A stretch of 63,955 nt of DNA, the filler included, from Bonamia ostreae (Eukaryota): NCBI GenBank assembly GCA_040357525.1. It is 24 parts of 24 records of this genome, joined end to end, with 100 filler letters (N's around TTAATTAATTAA, not from the genome) between each part and the next. Parts side by side here need not be neighbours in the genome. Positions count along the whole stretch, not along the records: positions 13,491 to 16,076 come from JBDODL010000766.1; positions 16,177 to 18,757 come from JBDODL010000767.1; positions 18,858 to 21,432 come from JBDODL010000768.1; positions 21,533 to 24,103 come from JBDODL010000769.1; positions 24,204 to 26,772 come from JBDODL010000770.1; 19 more parts are not named here. One strand, written 5' to 3'. Positions within the stretch are counted from its first letter, which is position 1. Each line of letters opens with the position of its first letter. The notes beneath the pieces were generated by a model that saw only the letters and a program-made list of their open reading frames with translations, did not search any database and was not told the origin of the DNA. Below are positions 13,843 through 25,689 of the stretch, one piece after another. The translations under genes and the position numbers were made by a program.

Positions 13843-15031
13843 AATCTTTGAATTCCAAAATTTTTTTGATGTGAGGATTTTTTGATTTGATCATGCAATT
13901 TTAACTTATTTTATATTTTTTTTTAAATTATTTTAACCATTTCAGAATTTTAACTTATTTTTACCATTAACGCAATTTTTAGTCAATAAAGATAAAATCT
14001 ATCCACTTGCCATTTCATCCTTTGTGGGCGCGTCGACGCTTATTTTTCGAAAATAAGTCGTTTTAGAGTTTTAACCATTTCTACCATTTCAGAGTTTTAA
14101 CCATTTTATACAAAAACCATTTTTCAATCTGTTCATCGAAAACAAGAATTGTTGAAAGCTAGGACCCCAAGTTTTGCTTGATGCCAAACATTCTCTATAT
14201 TTCTTGAGAGATAACTCTCATTTTTAAGTTTCTCATTTTTTAAATATCTCAATAGATCTTTGCCCTCCCATCGTTATTTAAATTATTAACCAAGATGATG
14301 ACGAGGTTCTTGCAGAATCAAAAATTTTTCTGAAAACTTACAATCGTTAATGAAGTTAAAAAACAAGTTAAAACATATCAATGAATTTCATCCATATGAC
14401 TTATTTTCGTTTTTTCTGTTGCTAAATTTGACTTAATAATAAGTTAAAAAAATTATTTCGTTTGACTTGTTATTTTTAATGTTATTTTTTCCATTTGACT
14501 TATTATTTCCTTGCTAAATTTTTTTCTGTTTTTTTTATCCTTTTTTGCCAATTTTCATTGCAAAATTTTTTATACTTTGTTCAAAAAATTTTTCAGTTTA
14601 CAAAATCATTTAAAATTTAATAACAAGTGCTTTTTAATATGATTAATAGAAAATCTCTGAAAGATAAAATAATTTTTGAAGTGCCAAATTGGCGTTGTAG
14701 TTTTCTTTTGGTTTTCATCCAAAAGTTTTCATCCAAAAGTGAACATCATGATAACGCTAGAATTGATAGTTAACAAATTCATCTTGGCAATTTGTCAATT
14801 TTAATTCGGTGTATATAATCTTTCTTATTCAGAAAAAAATTATGTTGAAATTGTATCTTTGAATTTGTTGCAAGATTTATGCAGGAAAACATTCACTTGA
14901 ACACAGAATGGCGAAATACCAATTTTCGGATGAATTTCAGATGGATCGAATTATTGTTTGAGATTAATGTTTAAGGCAGATTGAACTCAAAANNNNNNNN
15001 NNTTGTAAAGATGCAGAATAGCAAAGACTCT

Positions 15032-15983
15032 TTAATAATGAAGATTTATTTTTAATACTTCAAACTTAGTTTTGCCAAAACATTTTATAAGTTGGGCATC
15101 ATCTGCAGCTTTTGGCAACTCTTTTCCCCAAAGCCTCTTTTCATAATCTGTCTGTAATAGTTTTTCTTTTAAAATTGGAGTGAATTGTTGATCATAATAA
15201 TAAGATTTATTGTTATCGCGAAAAAATTTTAAAAGCTCTTCGGTATTTTGACCATCTGGATAAACTTTACAACAAGCATAAATAAGTAGAACTCCAAGAT
15301 CCCAGGAATCAGTAAAAAATCCAAATATACCGTTTATACGCAATTCAGGCGGTTCTCCCATATTTGACATTTCGATATTTTCTATAGGCGTATTTAGTTC
15401 CAAACATGATTCAAAATTAGAGATTCGAATATTATCGCCACTACTAATAAGAATATCTCTTGGGTTTAAACCAAAATATACATATCCCTGTTCATCGTGT
15501 AAATATTCCAATCCTCGTATTATATTTCGAAAATATTTTTCTAGAAAATTATTTTAAAACTTATCTGGTTTTCTTTCAAATTTTCACACTTAACAATTGC
15601 TCTAAAATTAGATTAAAAACTCTAAATCAGTAGCGCAATGTTCCATTACAAAAAAAGTCATGCCATTAGATTCAAAGATATGGTAAAGTCTGACGATGTC
15701 ACTGGCATTGTCTTCGGCAGCTTTCATTAGAATTTCTCCTTCTTTTGCATTGTAAGCGGTAGAGGAGAAGATTTTGACGGAATATTTTTGACGATCCGCT
15801 TTATCGGTCACTTGATTTTAAATTGAAACTTGTTGTGGTAGTTCCTATATCTGGGTTTAATTTAGGTATCTTTAAAACATAATCCCTCATTGATTTTGAA
15901 CATTGATCACCATGCACTATTTTAATAAGTATAAAAACTTTGACATGTGCATTCTCTAAATTCAGATTCTTTGATAACTTCAT
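15032..15983 (-). CDS. Ser/Thr kinase-fold pseudokinase
   Basis: YSVKIF, IVRLYHIFE, FFVMEHC, PPE and DSWDLG are present. Catalytic loop YFGLNPRDIL (no HRD Asp) and NFE replaces DFG. Introns 15541-15560, 15602-15620 and 15811-15829 (19-20 nt) join the frames. Confidence 0.75.
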
Positions 15984-16814
15984 ATTTTAATTGATTTTTA
16001 ATCTGATTAAATTTTGTATAAAAATTTTGATGATTTTTAAATGATGTTTAAACTTTTGCACATTCCACCGCAAAAANNNNNNNNNNNNNNNNNNNNNNNN
16101 NNNNNNNNNNNNNNNNNNNNTTAATTAATTAANNNNNNNNNNNNNNNNNNNNNNNNNNNNNNNNNNNNNNNNNNNNCTACGTAGAATAATTCATATATGA
16201 TTTGAATTTCTTGTTTTATTTGTAGGTGAAAATGTGGAATGTCCAAAACCTGGTATGTGCTCATAGCTTTAGCATACAGTACAGAAATTATTTTATTATA
16301 TATTATGCCAAACGATGTATTTAAAAGTAATGTAAACATGACGGTCTTGGTTGATGATGCTTTTGGTATATCCTGGCATTATTATGTCTAGTCAAAGAAA
16401 AGCATCCTTCATTTACTTCTATGGAATTCAAAAGTACAATGGAGTATGCCTTGTCTATATAATTCAAAATCACCTTTTTACTGGCGAATCTATTCTTACA
16501 GGTGAATAAATGTATATCTAAGTCATGTAACTAATATCTCCACATTTAAAATGTTATAGGATGTTTTTAATCTATTTATTTGGTATTTAATTACTAAGAA
16601 AATAGTTCAGGTAAGAAAACCGAAAAAATCCATAAAGATACCTAAAATTTTTGCTGAATTCCTAAGGGACTATTATTTTTCTTGATAATTTTTTCCTCAT
16701 TTGTTTCTTGATTGCGCATGATTCGGAAGTCTGGATTAATTTCTGAATGATGAATCCCGTTTTGCCTCTTCTGACTTGGTAGATGTATACCAGACAAAAC
16801 TTTATTTCACTTAG

Positions 16815-17524
16815 ATCCTTGCGGTGAGAAAAATCGTCTGACTCTTCAAATATCCGGAGATCGATCAACAACTTGCAAAGACAAATCGCTGAAACTTTGC
16901 GATTCCGTATTGCGAAGCAGTTGGTATCGACCCATGAAAGGGAATGTTGATATGAAAATGCCAACATCCTGTGTTGAACGAAATAGCTGCGGAACAGAAT
17001 CACCAATCTGGTTAAACGGTAATCATCAAAGAAAATAATGTAATATGATAAAATGCCAATGACTAATAGCTAATAACATTAACATTTGGTTATTACTGCA
17101 GGAGTGGAACCTAGCGTTACCGATAAAACTGTTAATATGAAGGCTTGTGTAACTCTGGGAAGAACAAACGCCTGTTCCTGTGACAGAGAAATAGATATTC
17201 AAGTGCGGAATTGTTCATCATACCTTGTTTATAATTTAACCTCTACCCCAAACTGCCCTGAAAGATACTGCTTCGGTAATATTTACCTTATACTTATGAC
17301 AAGTTTGTTTACTAAGCAACTCATATTCTCCAATTTCTTTTACAATTAAACTTCTTTTCAAACTTTGATGTACTACAAAAAATACCTTGAACGATTTGTT
17401 TACAATATAACGTACATATTTATTGATTGATAACAGTAGTACACTTTTCATATTTTGAAAATGTTTTTAAGAATATTTCTTTTGAACACAGGGCAATCGG
17501 GGAGATGTTTTGATGATGTCAAAG
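16815..17524 (+). CDS. Uromodulin/GP2/OIT3-like D8C-domain exons (host-like)
   Basis: Exons 16815-17018 (DPC...CDSVL..WYR..MPTSCV..CGTESPIWLNG), 17102-17275 (ACV...IQVRNCSSYLVYNL..P.C..RYCFG) and 17492-17524. Confidence 0.8.
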
Positions 17525-18857
17525 GTGAGCTGTAATAATGTTTTATCAAAATAATTGAAAAATTGTACTTTGATATTGAAAACACGCCTACATTTGTAAT
17601 TGATATATAAAATCACAACACATACCGTATTGACTACACTATGAAGACCAGCACAGTTTCATCCATAACATATACAATGTTGAATGGGCAAAATCATTTT
17701 GAAGAAAGTCATCGATGCATAATTGATATAGATTTAGTTACGTGTTCTTATTCATCAACAAAAGAACTTCAGATAAATCTAAAATTGAGTGACGTCCGTC
17801 ACTCTCAATCAAGTTTTTACGTTCCATATTACGTTTCCTTTTACGGTCTCCTTCTGTGTAAGCCCTTCATTGCCCTATCTGTAGATCCAATTATCAGTTA
17901 TTCATGCACACGTGATCGACAAAGTGCAGGTTTAAATCATATGTTTCGTCTACGATGGTGTTTTTCCAAGCAATACACATAATTTTATAAGGTTTGCTGT
18001 TCCACACATTCACTTACGTAATTTTACTACCGCTTTCAGATGGGGTAATCAGAAATTTATATTCAATATTTCCGCTTGAATTTGAAATATGACATTAAAC
18101 TTTTTATCCCCAAAATGACATGGCAAATCAGCAAATCCTATCAAGTAGTAAGTTTGTGTTTTCGGAAAAATTGCTGTTCCCCGTCAAAATCGGTAATGTA
18201 ATAACACATATTTTCACTATCATTGCATCAAATATTGACGTTTTAGCAATTGTTAATACAATTATGATAGCATATTGTCCCAAAAATTCAATTAGTTTAT
18301 GACGTAAGTATCAGTAAATATTATCAGTGTTGGGGTAATGTTTACGCGTTTCTCGATTGACAGGAAATAATACGAGGAGATACCGCATTTTGTGTAATTT
18401 TTGCTTCATAGAAAGGAAAGTTAGAGATAAATTAGAATGAACGTAGATTTTCCCTATGTTAAGGACACTTCTCTCCTTAGAGCGCAGATCTACGATGAAA
18501 TTATTTAAAGCTGCATATTCAATGTAGTTGAGTTGAATCATTTTAAAATTTCAAACAATCTGGGAGAAATTAGCTTTGTAATAAATTCATACGCTATAAA
18601 TTATATTCCGTAAGCAAACATTCCTTTAAATGTTGGATATTTCGATTACATTTAAGTGGGAATGTGAAGATACCGAAAAAATGATCAATCTCATAACATA
18701 GTGTAGTTTGATAAAACCTTGGTATAAGCTATGAATAAGCTTCAAAATACCTTACAGNNNNNNNNNNNNNNNNNNNNNNNNNNNNNNNNNNNNNNNNNNN
18801 NTTAATTAATTAANNNNNNNNNNNNNNNNNNNNNNNNNNNNNNNNNNNNNNNNNNNN

Positions 18858-19987
18858 GAAATAACTAAAATAAACGACAAAAAAATAAGTCCTTTTGTTG
18901 TCCCTTCTATATCAAATAAAGCATCTTCAATAACAAGTTTGCTCTTCGGTTTCAAAGGTCCTTCGATTTCTCTTTTTTCGGCTTGTGCCACTGGAAGCCA
19001 CAGTGTCTCGATTGCGAGCGATTTTATTAAACTGGATCGAGCGGATGTCATGATTTGTGGCGGCGCTGAGAAGACGAATGGCGTTTCTCTGATTCATTCT
19101 GGATTTAAATCTTGTTTGGCGTTATCGAAGCGGTTTGACGAAATGGAGAAAAGTTCGAGGCCGTTCGATGTGAAACGTGACGGCTTTGTGTTGAGCGAAG
19201 GGAGCGGTGTCTTGGTTTTGGAAGAATTGGAGTTTGCGAGAAAAAGGTTTTTATCTCTAAATTTTGAAGAGGAGCAAAAATTTATGGAGAGATTTTGGGA
19301 AGTGGGATGTCAAACGATTCTTTTGATATTACAAAACCTTCAGGGATCGGGGCTCTTTCTGCAATGCAAAATGCTTTTAATTCTGTAAGAAATAGCAAAG
19401 TTTGTTTTTCAAAATTTGATATTTGTGCAAAAAACGATTAAAAAAATTGGTAAAATTTGATATTTGTGCAAAAAAACGATTAAAAAAATTGGCAAAATTT
19501 GATATTTGTGCAGTAAAACGATAATAAAAAAATTGGTAAAATTTGATATTTGTGCAAAAAAAAACGATTAAAAAAATTTGGTAAAATTTGATATTTCTGC
19601 AGTAAAACGTAAAATCTTAAGTTTTCAAAAAACGATATTAACTTCATTGTCGCTCACGGCACATCCACCGTAATCGGCGACAAAGCCGAAACCGAAGCTT
19701 TAGTCGATTTTTTCGGAGAAAAATCAAAAGAAAAAATGACTTTTTCGACAAAAGGTGCTTTAGGCCATACGATTGGAGCGTCTGGAGCGATCGACTTAAT
19801 AATCGGAGTCAAAGCTTTAAAAGAGAAAAAAATCCCAGCGACGAAAAATTTGGAAAAAGAAATTGATTTAAAAATAGATTTTGTCAAAAAAGAATCGCGA
19901 AAAATTGCGACGAAATGTTTTTTGGCCAATTCGTTTGGTTTCGGAGGATACAATTCTTCTATTATCGTCGGAAATCAATTTTTGTAA
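18858..19987 (+). CDS. OXSM: Mitochondrial 3-oxoacyl-ACP synthase (KAS II/FabF type), 5' truncated
   Basis: SACATG (catalytic Cys), SRPFDVKRDGFVLSEG, AHGTST, STKGALGHTIGASG, NSFGFGG; introns 19247-19269 and 19400-19621. Confidence 0.9.
19410..19610. repeat. Intronic minisatellite, about 41-nt unit, about 5 copies
   Basis: Repeats of AAAATTTGATATTTGTGCA...AAACGATTAAAAAAATTGG inside the OXSM intron. Confidence 0.9.
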
Positions 19988-20030
19988 ATTTTTAACGAAA
20001 AATTGATTTTTTATAAAAATTTTTATACAA

Positions 20031-20539
20031 TCAGTCATCTTCAGAGCAAAAATTTTCGATTTCTGACGAAACAAAATCATCTTCGTCATTATTAAAGTTT
20101 AGCCAATTTTTCGAATTTTCGTTAAATTTCAGAATAAATTTTCCAAATGAAATTTTTTCTTCCGTCTTTTCACAGTGCAACAAATATAATTTTCTCAAAC
20201 TACTTTTACAAGCAATTTTCCATTTTTCTGTCAATTCTTCAATTTTTTTTATTCGAATTTTTATTTTTTGTTCCGAATTTTTAATTTCTTTTTGTTCAAT
20301 TTTCTTTATTTTCGGATACAAATTTTTAACCACAAATTTGGAACCGACGTTTGAAATGAACGGTTTCAATCTTTTCTGTGATTTTATCCGTTTGTTCGAA
20401 TTAATTAAATGGTTTGTCTAAATTTTAAAAGCACAACTTTTTTAATTTTAGCCAAACTGAATGGCGTCAATTTTTTTAATTTGTTGTTTTTTGGAGTTAC
20501 CGGATTACGATTCGTTACGTCTTTAAGTGCTTCCGACAT
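20031..20539 (-). CDS. Sfr1/Mei5-like recombination mediator
   Basis: A 20-nt intron (20418-20437) joins the ORFs. C-terminal IEELTEKWKIACKSSLRKLY...ISFGKFI...LNFNNDEDDF fits the Sfr1/Mei5 pattern. Confidence 0.55.
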
Positions 20540-20612
20540 TTTTCCCATAAATATTTTTTCTAATTGTTTTGAATATATAATATTTCCAGTTGGCGCGAAT
20601 TTAGACAAAAAA

Positions 20613-21254
20613 ATGTCCAAATTCAGCAGAAAGTTTGCGAGTACAGGCAAAATTCTGAAAACGAGGAGAATGGTAAAAACTAAATTTTAAAAAAATTTAG
20701 ATCCCGCCGCGCATAGAAAAACCGTCTTATTATTTGAACGGATTAGTCGAAAACCAAATCGACACAATTCCAAAGTACAAAGAGGCGTTGGCTATCCGTT
20801 CAAACAACATGCGCGAAGCGGCCATTTTGGCCAAAACAATGAGATTTTTGGCCAAATTTTTGGCCAAAGAAGGGACGACGACGGAAGAATTGGATTACAA
20901 AATCCATTTGGATTGCATTGAAAATGGATTCTATCCCGCGGCTTTGCATTACAAAAATTTCCCAAAATCGATTTCGACCTCCGTCAACGAAATTGCCTGC
21001 CACGGCATTCCGGACGACCGGAAATTAAATGTTTTGAAATTTATCGAAAAGAATGGCGATATCTTAAAAGTGGATTGCATGTCTTATAGAAACGGCCATT
21101 TTGGGGATTGCTGCGGGAGTTTTGTAATTGGAGAAGGCGGTAAGGACAGAGAGGAAAAGGAGAATCTTGTCGATGTGGCGAGGAAATGCGTTCGGAAAGC
21201 CATTGATGTTTGCGGACCTGGCGTGCCCTTTTCTCAAGTCGGAAATGTGATTTC
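20613..21254 (+). CDS. METAP1D: Methionine aminopeptidase type 1 (mitochondrial MAP1D-like), 3' truncated
   Basis: Basic N-terminal presequence, IPPRIEKPSYY, GTTTEELD, FPKSISTSVNEIACHGIPD, GDILKVD, GHFGD; introns 20673-20700 and 21031-21051. Confidence 0.85.
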
Positions 21255-21307
21255 GTTTTTAGATTTTTTTTAGTTTTGCAAAATTTTTAAATTGCGTTTT
21301 TTTGTTA

Positions 21308-21432
21308 AATCGGTTTTTTCGATAAAACAGAATTTTTGTTTTTTTTGTTTTTGATTAAAAATCGGTTTTTTAGATAAAACAGAATTTTTGTTTTTGATTA
21401 AAAAATCGGTTTTTTCGATAAAACAGAATTTT
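21308..21432. repeat. Intronic tandem repeat (3 copies)
   Basis: AATCGGTTTTTT(C/A)GATAAAACAGAATTTT repeated three times. Confidence 0.85.
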
Positions 21433-23674
21433 NNNNNNNNNNNNNNNNNNNNNNNNNNNNNNNNNNNNNNNNNNNNTTAATTAATTAANNNNNNNNNNNN
21501 NNNNNNNNNNNNNNNNNNNNNNNNNNNNNNNNACACATTCAGAAATAAGATGATTTGAATTTTCAACGGATTTGCTGTGCGTTTTACAGATGGCATTTTA
21601 GAGTTTTCTAAAAATACGTATTACATATGAAGTAATTATTGGAAAGTGTGTTTTGGTTTAGTTCAAACGTGTTATGCATAGCATTTTGTTTATTATTTTT
21701 TCTGTAACCTTAGGTATATAATGTATGTGCACACTTTAACAAAAACAGATTTATTTTTCCAGACATTAACGATTCCTCAAACAATACAGGGCGTCCAATG
21801 ATAAAACGGGGGAAAGAATGCAAATTCCAAGTTGTAAGATATATCGATATTGCACATGTTTCAATATGTATAAAGCAGTGTTGTAGAAAATTTGTAAAAA
21901 TACTCATACAATGTATAATTGTAGATTATGTCACCGTATAAAGGTGGACCGGACTGTGATATGTGCGGTTACACGGTGAGTTGTCATGTAATACAAATAC
22001 AAGACTTAGCCATCACAGAGACACATTTTGCAAATGATATTTGCATGCAAGGTGAATCAAGATTGATCTAGCTGTAAGGAATTAGAAACTCAAAGAACTC
22101 ATTTTATTCAATAATTGGCCCACCTTTGGATTCTTACGCAAGAATCAAATCAAATCACAAAAAGAGTTACTAAAATGAGTTCAAACGATACCCAAATAAC
22201 AATACTGAAAATTGTAAAACCATGATCGAGCAGCTTACCCATAGTTATGCATTGTACATATTTTTTTGGGTCCTGTTAAAATAAAGATTCAATCAATAAA
22301 ACAAATTCAACTGTGAATTCACAAAAACAAAATAAATATGTATCTAATGATTACAAGTAGTTCCTATGTAGGTCGCGGTAGACTGAGTGGATAACTATCA
22401 AAGCTGTTGTACTCAGACACAGTAAAGAATTATCGAGCCTAGCAGCCACGAGTCCCGATCCGTTTCAAAAGTCGCAGACACACCATTACCAACAGTTACC
22501 AAGACATTTTTTGAAAAGCCTAATCACACAGACACAAAACCATGCTCAGAAACTCGAAAGGGTAAATTAAAAATTATGTAGCCTTAGGCACAGTCCCCAG
22601 ACTTGTTTGGGCGCAGCACCCACTCTCAGAATTATGTGGGTTCTGATGAATATTATAGTACGGTTATATTTATGTCTTTTGCCTCAAGTTGACTGCCTAA
22701 TCCATTACTCCTGAATGGCTAAACTACTTCATTCTGGTTGATTACTGATTTGAGGAGTTCCAATGCACCGTTTTACATTGTCACCTCCTTGTAGGAATGT
22801 TTGAGATAAAAAGAACCAACGATTCGTATAATGCAACAACTAAATATTTAGACCGACTGCTTGTCTGGTATAGAATGCTGGTCATGCCGGTCATAGACTT
22901 TGAATCATATAAAGACGGAGTCACTACTACGTATACAATGCAGTAACATACAACATTTTATCAACTAAGTTACGCAGGTGTAGAATTTATGTCAAATTCA
23001 ATGTTAGATAACTTTAACCCGAACTTCCAAAATTATCATACACTCTCTTTGGATCGATCCGTAAGATCAATTTGATTGTCGCCTTATTCATATCCTACAC
23101 AATGGTATATCAATTATTACAAATGCAATTATTAAAAATCGCCACTTAAATGTGTTAACATTGAGGATAGATACAGTCTGTAGGAGTTTAACCACTTCAT
23201 GCAGTCCAAAAGTTGATAGGAAGTTTGTCTTAACAGCAATTACATTTAAACTTGTCTTCATTGTTACATAAACATGCCTGAAAATACTTTACGTTATATT
23301 ACGGGTACTTTATAATGAATGGCAATGTTATGTTCAGTTATTCGATCGAATTCGAAAATAGAGCTAAGGATTTTCTTTGTTAAACCCGACTTTGAATATA
23401 TATGCTCTAATGTATCATTGTAATTTATGTAACTTGTTGAAGGCAATTGTGTTTACTTACCTACTGATAAGGGTATACATGCTGTTTGACACACCTAATA
23501 TTCATTTTTTTAACCTTAAATATGTACCGTATTTATATTTATCTTTATATAATGCGTGTTTCAGATCCATATCTGTATGTATCTATATAATCTTTAATGT
23601 CTTCTGTGAACTGTAGAATTGTAAAATAGACTTCCATATATATTTAAATTTATCGCATAAACGATCCTTAATAG

Positions 23675-23851
23675 GCAGTTGCGAGGGCATTCGACTGCTC
23701 TCATTGCTTTTGTTGGAATTGCTTGGTGACGTTAAGAGACAGTTCAGAATCCATGGGAAGTGATGTAGACTGCATTCCCAATTGTACCTCCTGGCTGACT
23801 CGGAAGACTATTCAGAGGTTCCTACAAGATGATGAAATTTCGAAGAAACAC
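23675..23851 (+). CDS. RING-finger-like exon (host-like)
   Basis: AG|...|GTAAGT-bounded 177-nt exon encoding FDCSHCFCWNCL...DCIPNC. Confidence 0.55.
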
Positions 23852-24290
23852 GTAAGTTCCATTTATCCATAGATTTTACCCTTTTTGTTATAAATTGAAG
23901 ATCACTAATACACCTTCAGTAAAATGATAAATGTTACTTAATCAATTGCAGACATCCCTTTATTTCAAGCTGATTTATGAAACTGAAAATTGTCAGGCAA
24001 ATGGCTGTTCTAATAAGGTAATTCTACTTCATTTATCACTTCTGAGTTTGGTTATATCCTGATATCAGTTACAAACTCAAACAATAGTCTTTTGTGATAT
24101 GTANNNNNNNNNNNNNNNNNNNNNNNNNNNNNNNNNNNNNNNNNNNNTTAATTAATTAANNNNNNNNNNNNNNNNNNNNNNNNNNNNNNNNNNNNNNNNN
24201 NNNTTCACGAAATTTGAATATATTTTTGTTGTCAATGACTTTATAAATTATCAAGAATATTTTTATTTATTTGATAAATCGAAACGCAAA

Positions 24291-24818
24291 ATGCCCGCAA
24301 AAATCTCAGATTTGTCAACTGCGAAAAATGTTGATTTGGAAAAATACCAAGGTCAATGGTATGAAATCGCCCGCATTGAAAATTATTTTGAAAAACGCTG
24401 CGGAGTAGGCGAAATGGCCCCGATAGCTGTTTACTCTTTGAAACAAAACAATATTTTTGGAGTAATCAATTCCTGTCGTCAAGTAAAAAACAACAAAATA
24501 AAAAGAGTTTCTGGAATTGCAATTGTTCTAGATTCTCCAAACAACGCCATTTTTCACGTAAATTTTGTACCTATAATTAAAAACTTTCCTTCTATCATAA
24601 AATTCTTTGTGAAAACGGGAAATTATTGGATACTTAAAGTCATTTTTCGTGAAAACAACAGCTACAAATATGACCTGGCATATGTTTGTTCTCCAGACAG
24701 AAGATGCCTTTGGTTTTTGTGCAGAACTAGCCAAGTAACAGAAAAAGAATACGACGATTTTGTCGAATTTTCAGAGAAGCAGAAATTCGATTTGACGAAT
24801 CTTAAAAGAGTTCGATAA
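24291..24818 (+). CDS. Lipocalin (Blc/ApoD/TIL-like), no signal peptide visible
   Basis: VDLEKYQGQWYEIARIE, GNYWIL, SPDRRCLWFLCRT. Confidence 0.9.
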   Translation: MPAKISDLSTAKNVDLEKYQGQWYEIARIENYFEKRCGVGEMAPIAVYSLKQNNIFGVINSCRQVKNNKIKRVSGIAIVLDSPNNAIFHVNFVPIIKNFPSIIKFFVKTGNYWILKVIFRENNSYKYDLAYVCSPDRRCLWFLCRTSQVTEKEYDDFVEFSEKQKFDLTNLKRVR

Positions 24819-24904
24819 TGGTGAGATTAAATTATGACGTAAAATTTGCTCTTTATTTATCCTTGCAATGCAACCGTTAATTGTTTGTTAATTTATTATA
24901 AAAG

Positions 24905-25535
24905 ATGACTCGCATCCGTGAATCAATACGTGTTTTTTTATATGTCAGCATCCTTTTTCTGGTGTCAACAACACAATCCAATAACAACGAAGAGTTTTTA
25001 TTTTTAAAGAAGATTGGAACCATTAACGACCGCAGAAAACGTAGATTTGAATAAATACATCGGAGAATGGTTTGAAATAGCACGAATAGAAAACAAATTC
25101 CAAAAGAAATGCGGAGATGGAATAAAAGGATCCATTGCAAAGTACACCTTGTTAAAAGAAAATCTAATTTTAGTTGAAAATTCGTGTTGTGAAAAAGTAA
25201 GCGGAATGTGCCCGATCACTAAAGGAAAAGCTTTTGTGGTCAATTCTTCTGACACATCTAAACTCAACGTTCTCTTCATCCCTTTAATAATGGACCTTCC
25301 TCCCCGTTTCCTTAAAATATTTGTCAAAATGGGGAATTATTGGATCTTGAAAGTGATCACAAGAGAAAGTGGTTCCGAAAATTACGATTTGGCGTACGTC
25401 GCTTCGCCAAATAGAAAGTATTTGTGGTTATTGTCCAAAACAGAAAGTGTAACAGAACAAGAATATGCCGATTTCATTTATTACGCCCAAACGAATAATT
25501 TTAACTTAACCAATTTAAGACGAATTCGTACTTAA
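24905..25535 (+). CDS. Lipocalin paralogue with signal peptide
   Basis: ATG 24905 encodes MTRIRESIRVFLYVSILFLVSTTQS. Tiny intron 24994-25012 joins to VDLNKYIGEWFEIARIE...GNYWIL...SPNRKYLWLLS. Confidence 0.88.
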
Positions 25536-25689
25536 ATTTTTTTATCTTTTTTACAAAATTTTCAAATTAAACAACGGTTAAAAATATTAACTATTTTTTG
25601 CTATGATGACGACTTTTTGCTATGCAAAATTACTGTTATATTTCTGCAACGATAATAAATTTCGTTTTTTGCGAAATTGCGAATAATTG

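Noticed and set aside
13980-14400. Possible PH-domain fragment on the minus strand (DAPTKDEM...KWIDFI)
   Set aside because: Needs a frameshift, and no consistent exon chain could be built.
8397-17524. Animal adhesion or complement-control domains as parasite HGT or mimicry
   Set aside because: Intron style, gene density and the SINE content of this contig class indicate host contamination.
18858-21254. Bacterial operon (fabF, map) or bacterial rplA/blc/licD contigs
   Set aside because: The genes contain spliceosomal introns or sit beside intron-containing eukaryotic genes; they are nuclear genes.
24831-24841. CRE-like ATTATGACGTA upstream of lipocalin 2 and near seipin (61101)
   Set aside because: Only two protist occurrences, plus a similar one in a host-like contig (about 18297); too few to support.
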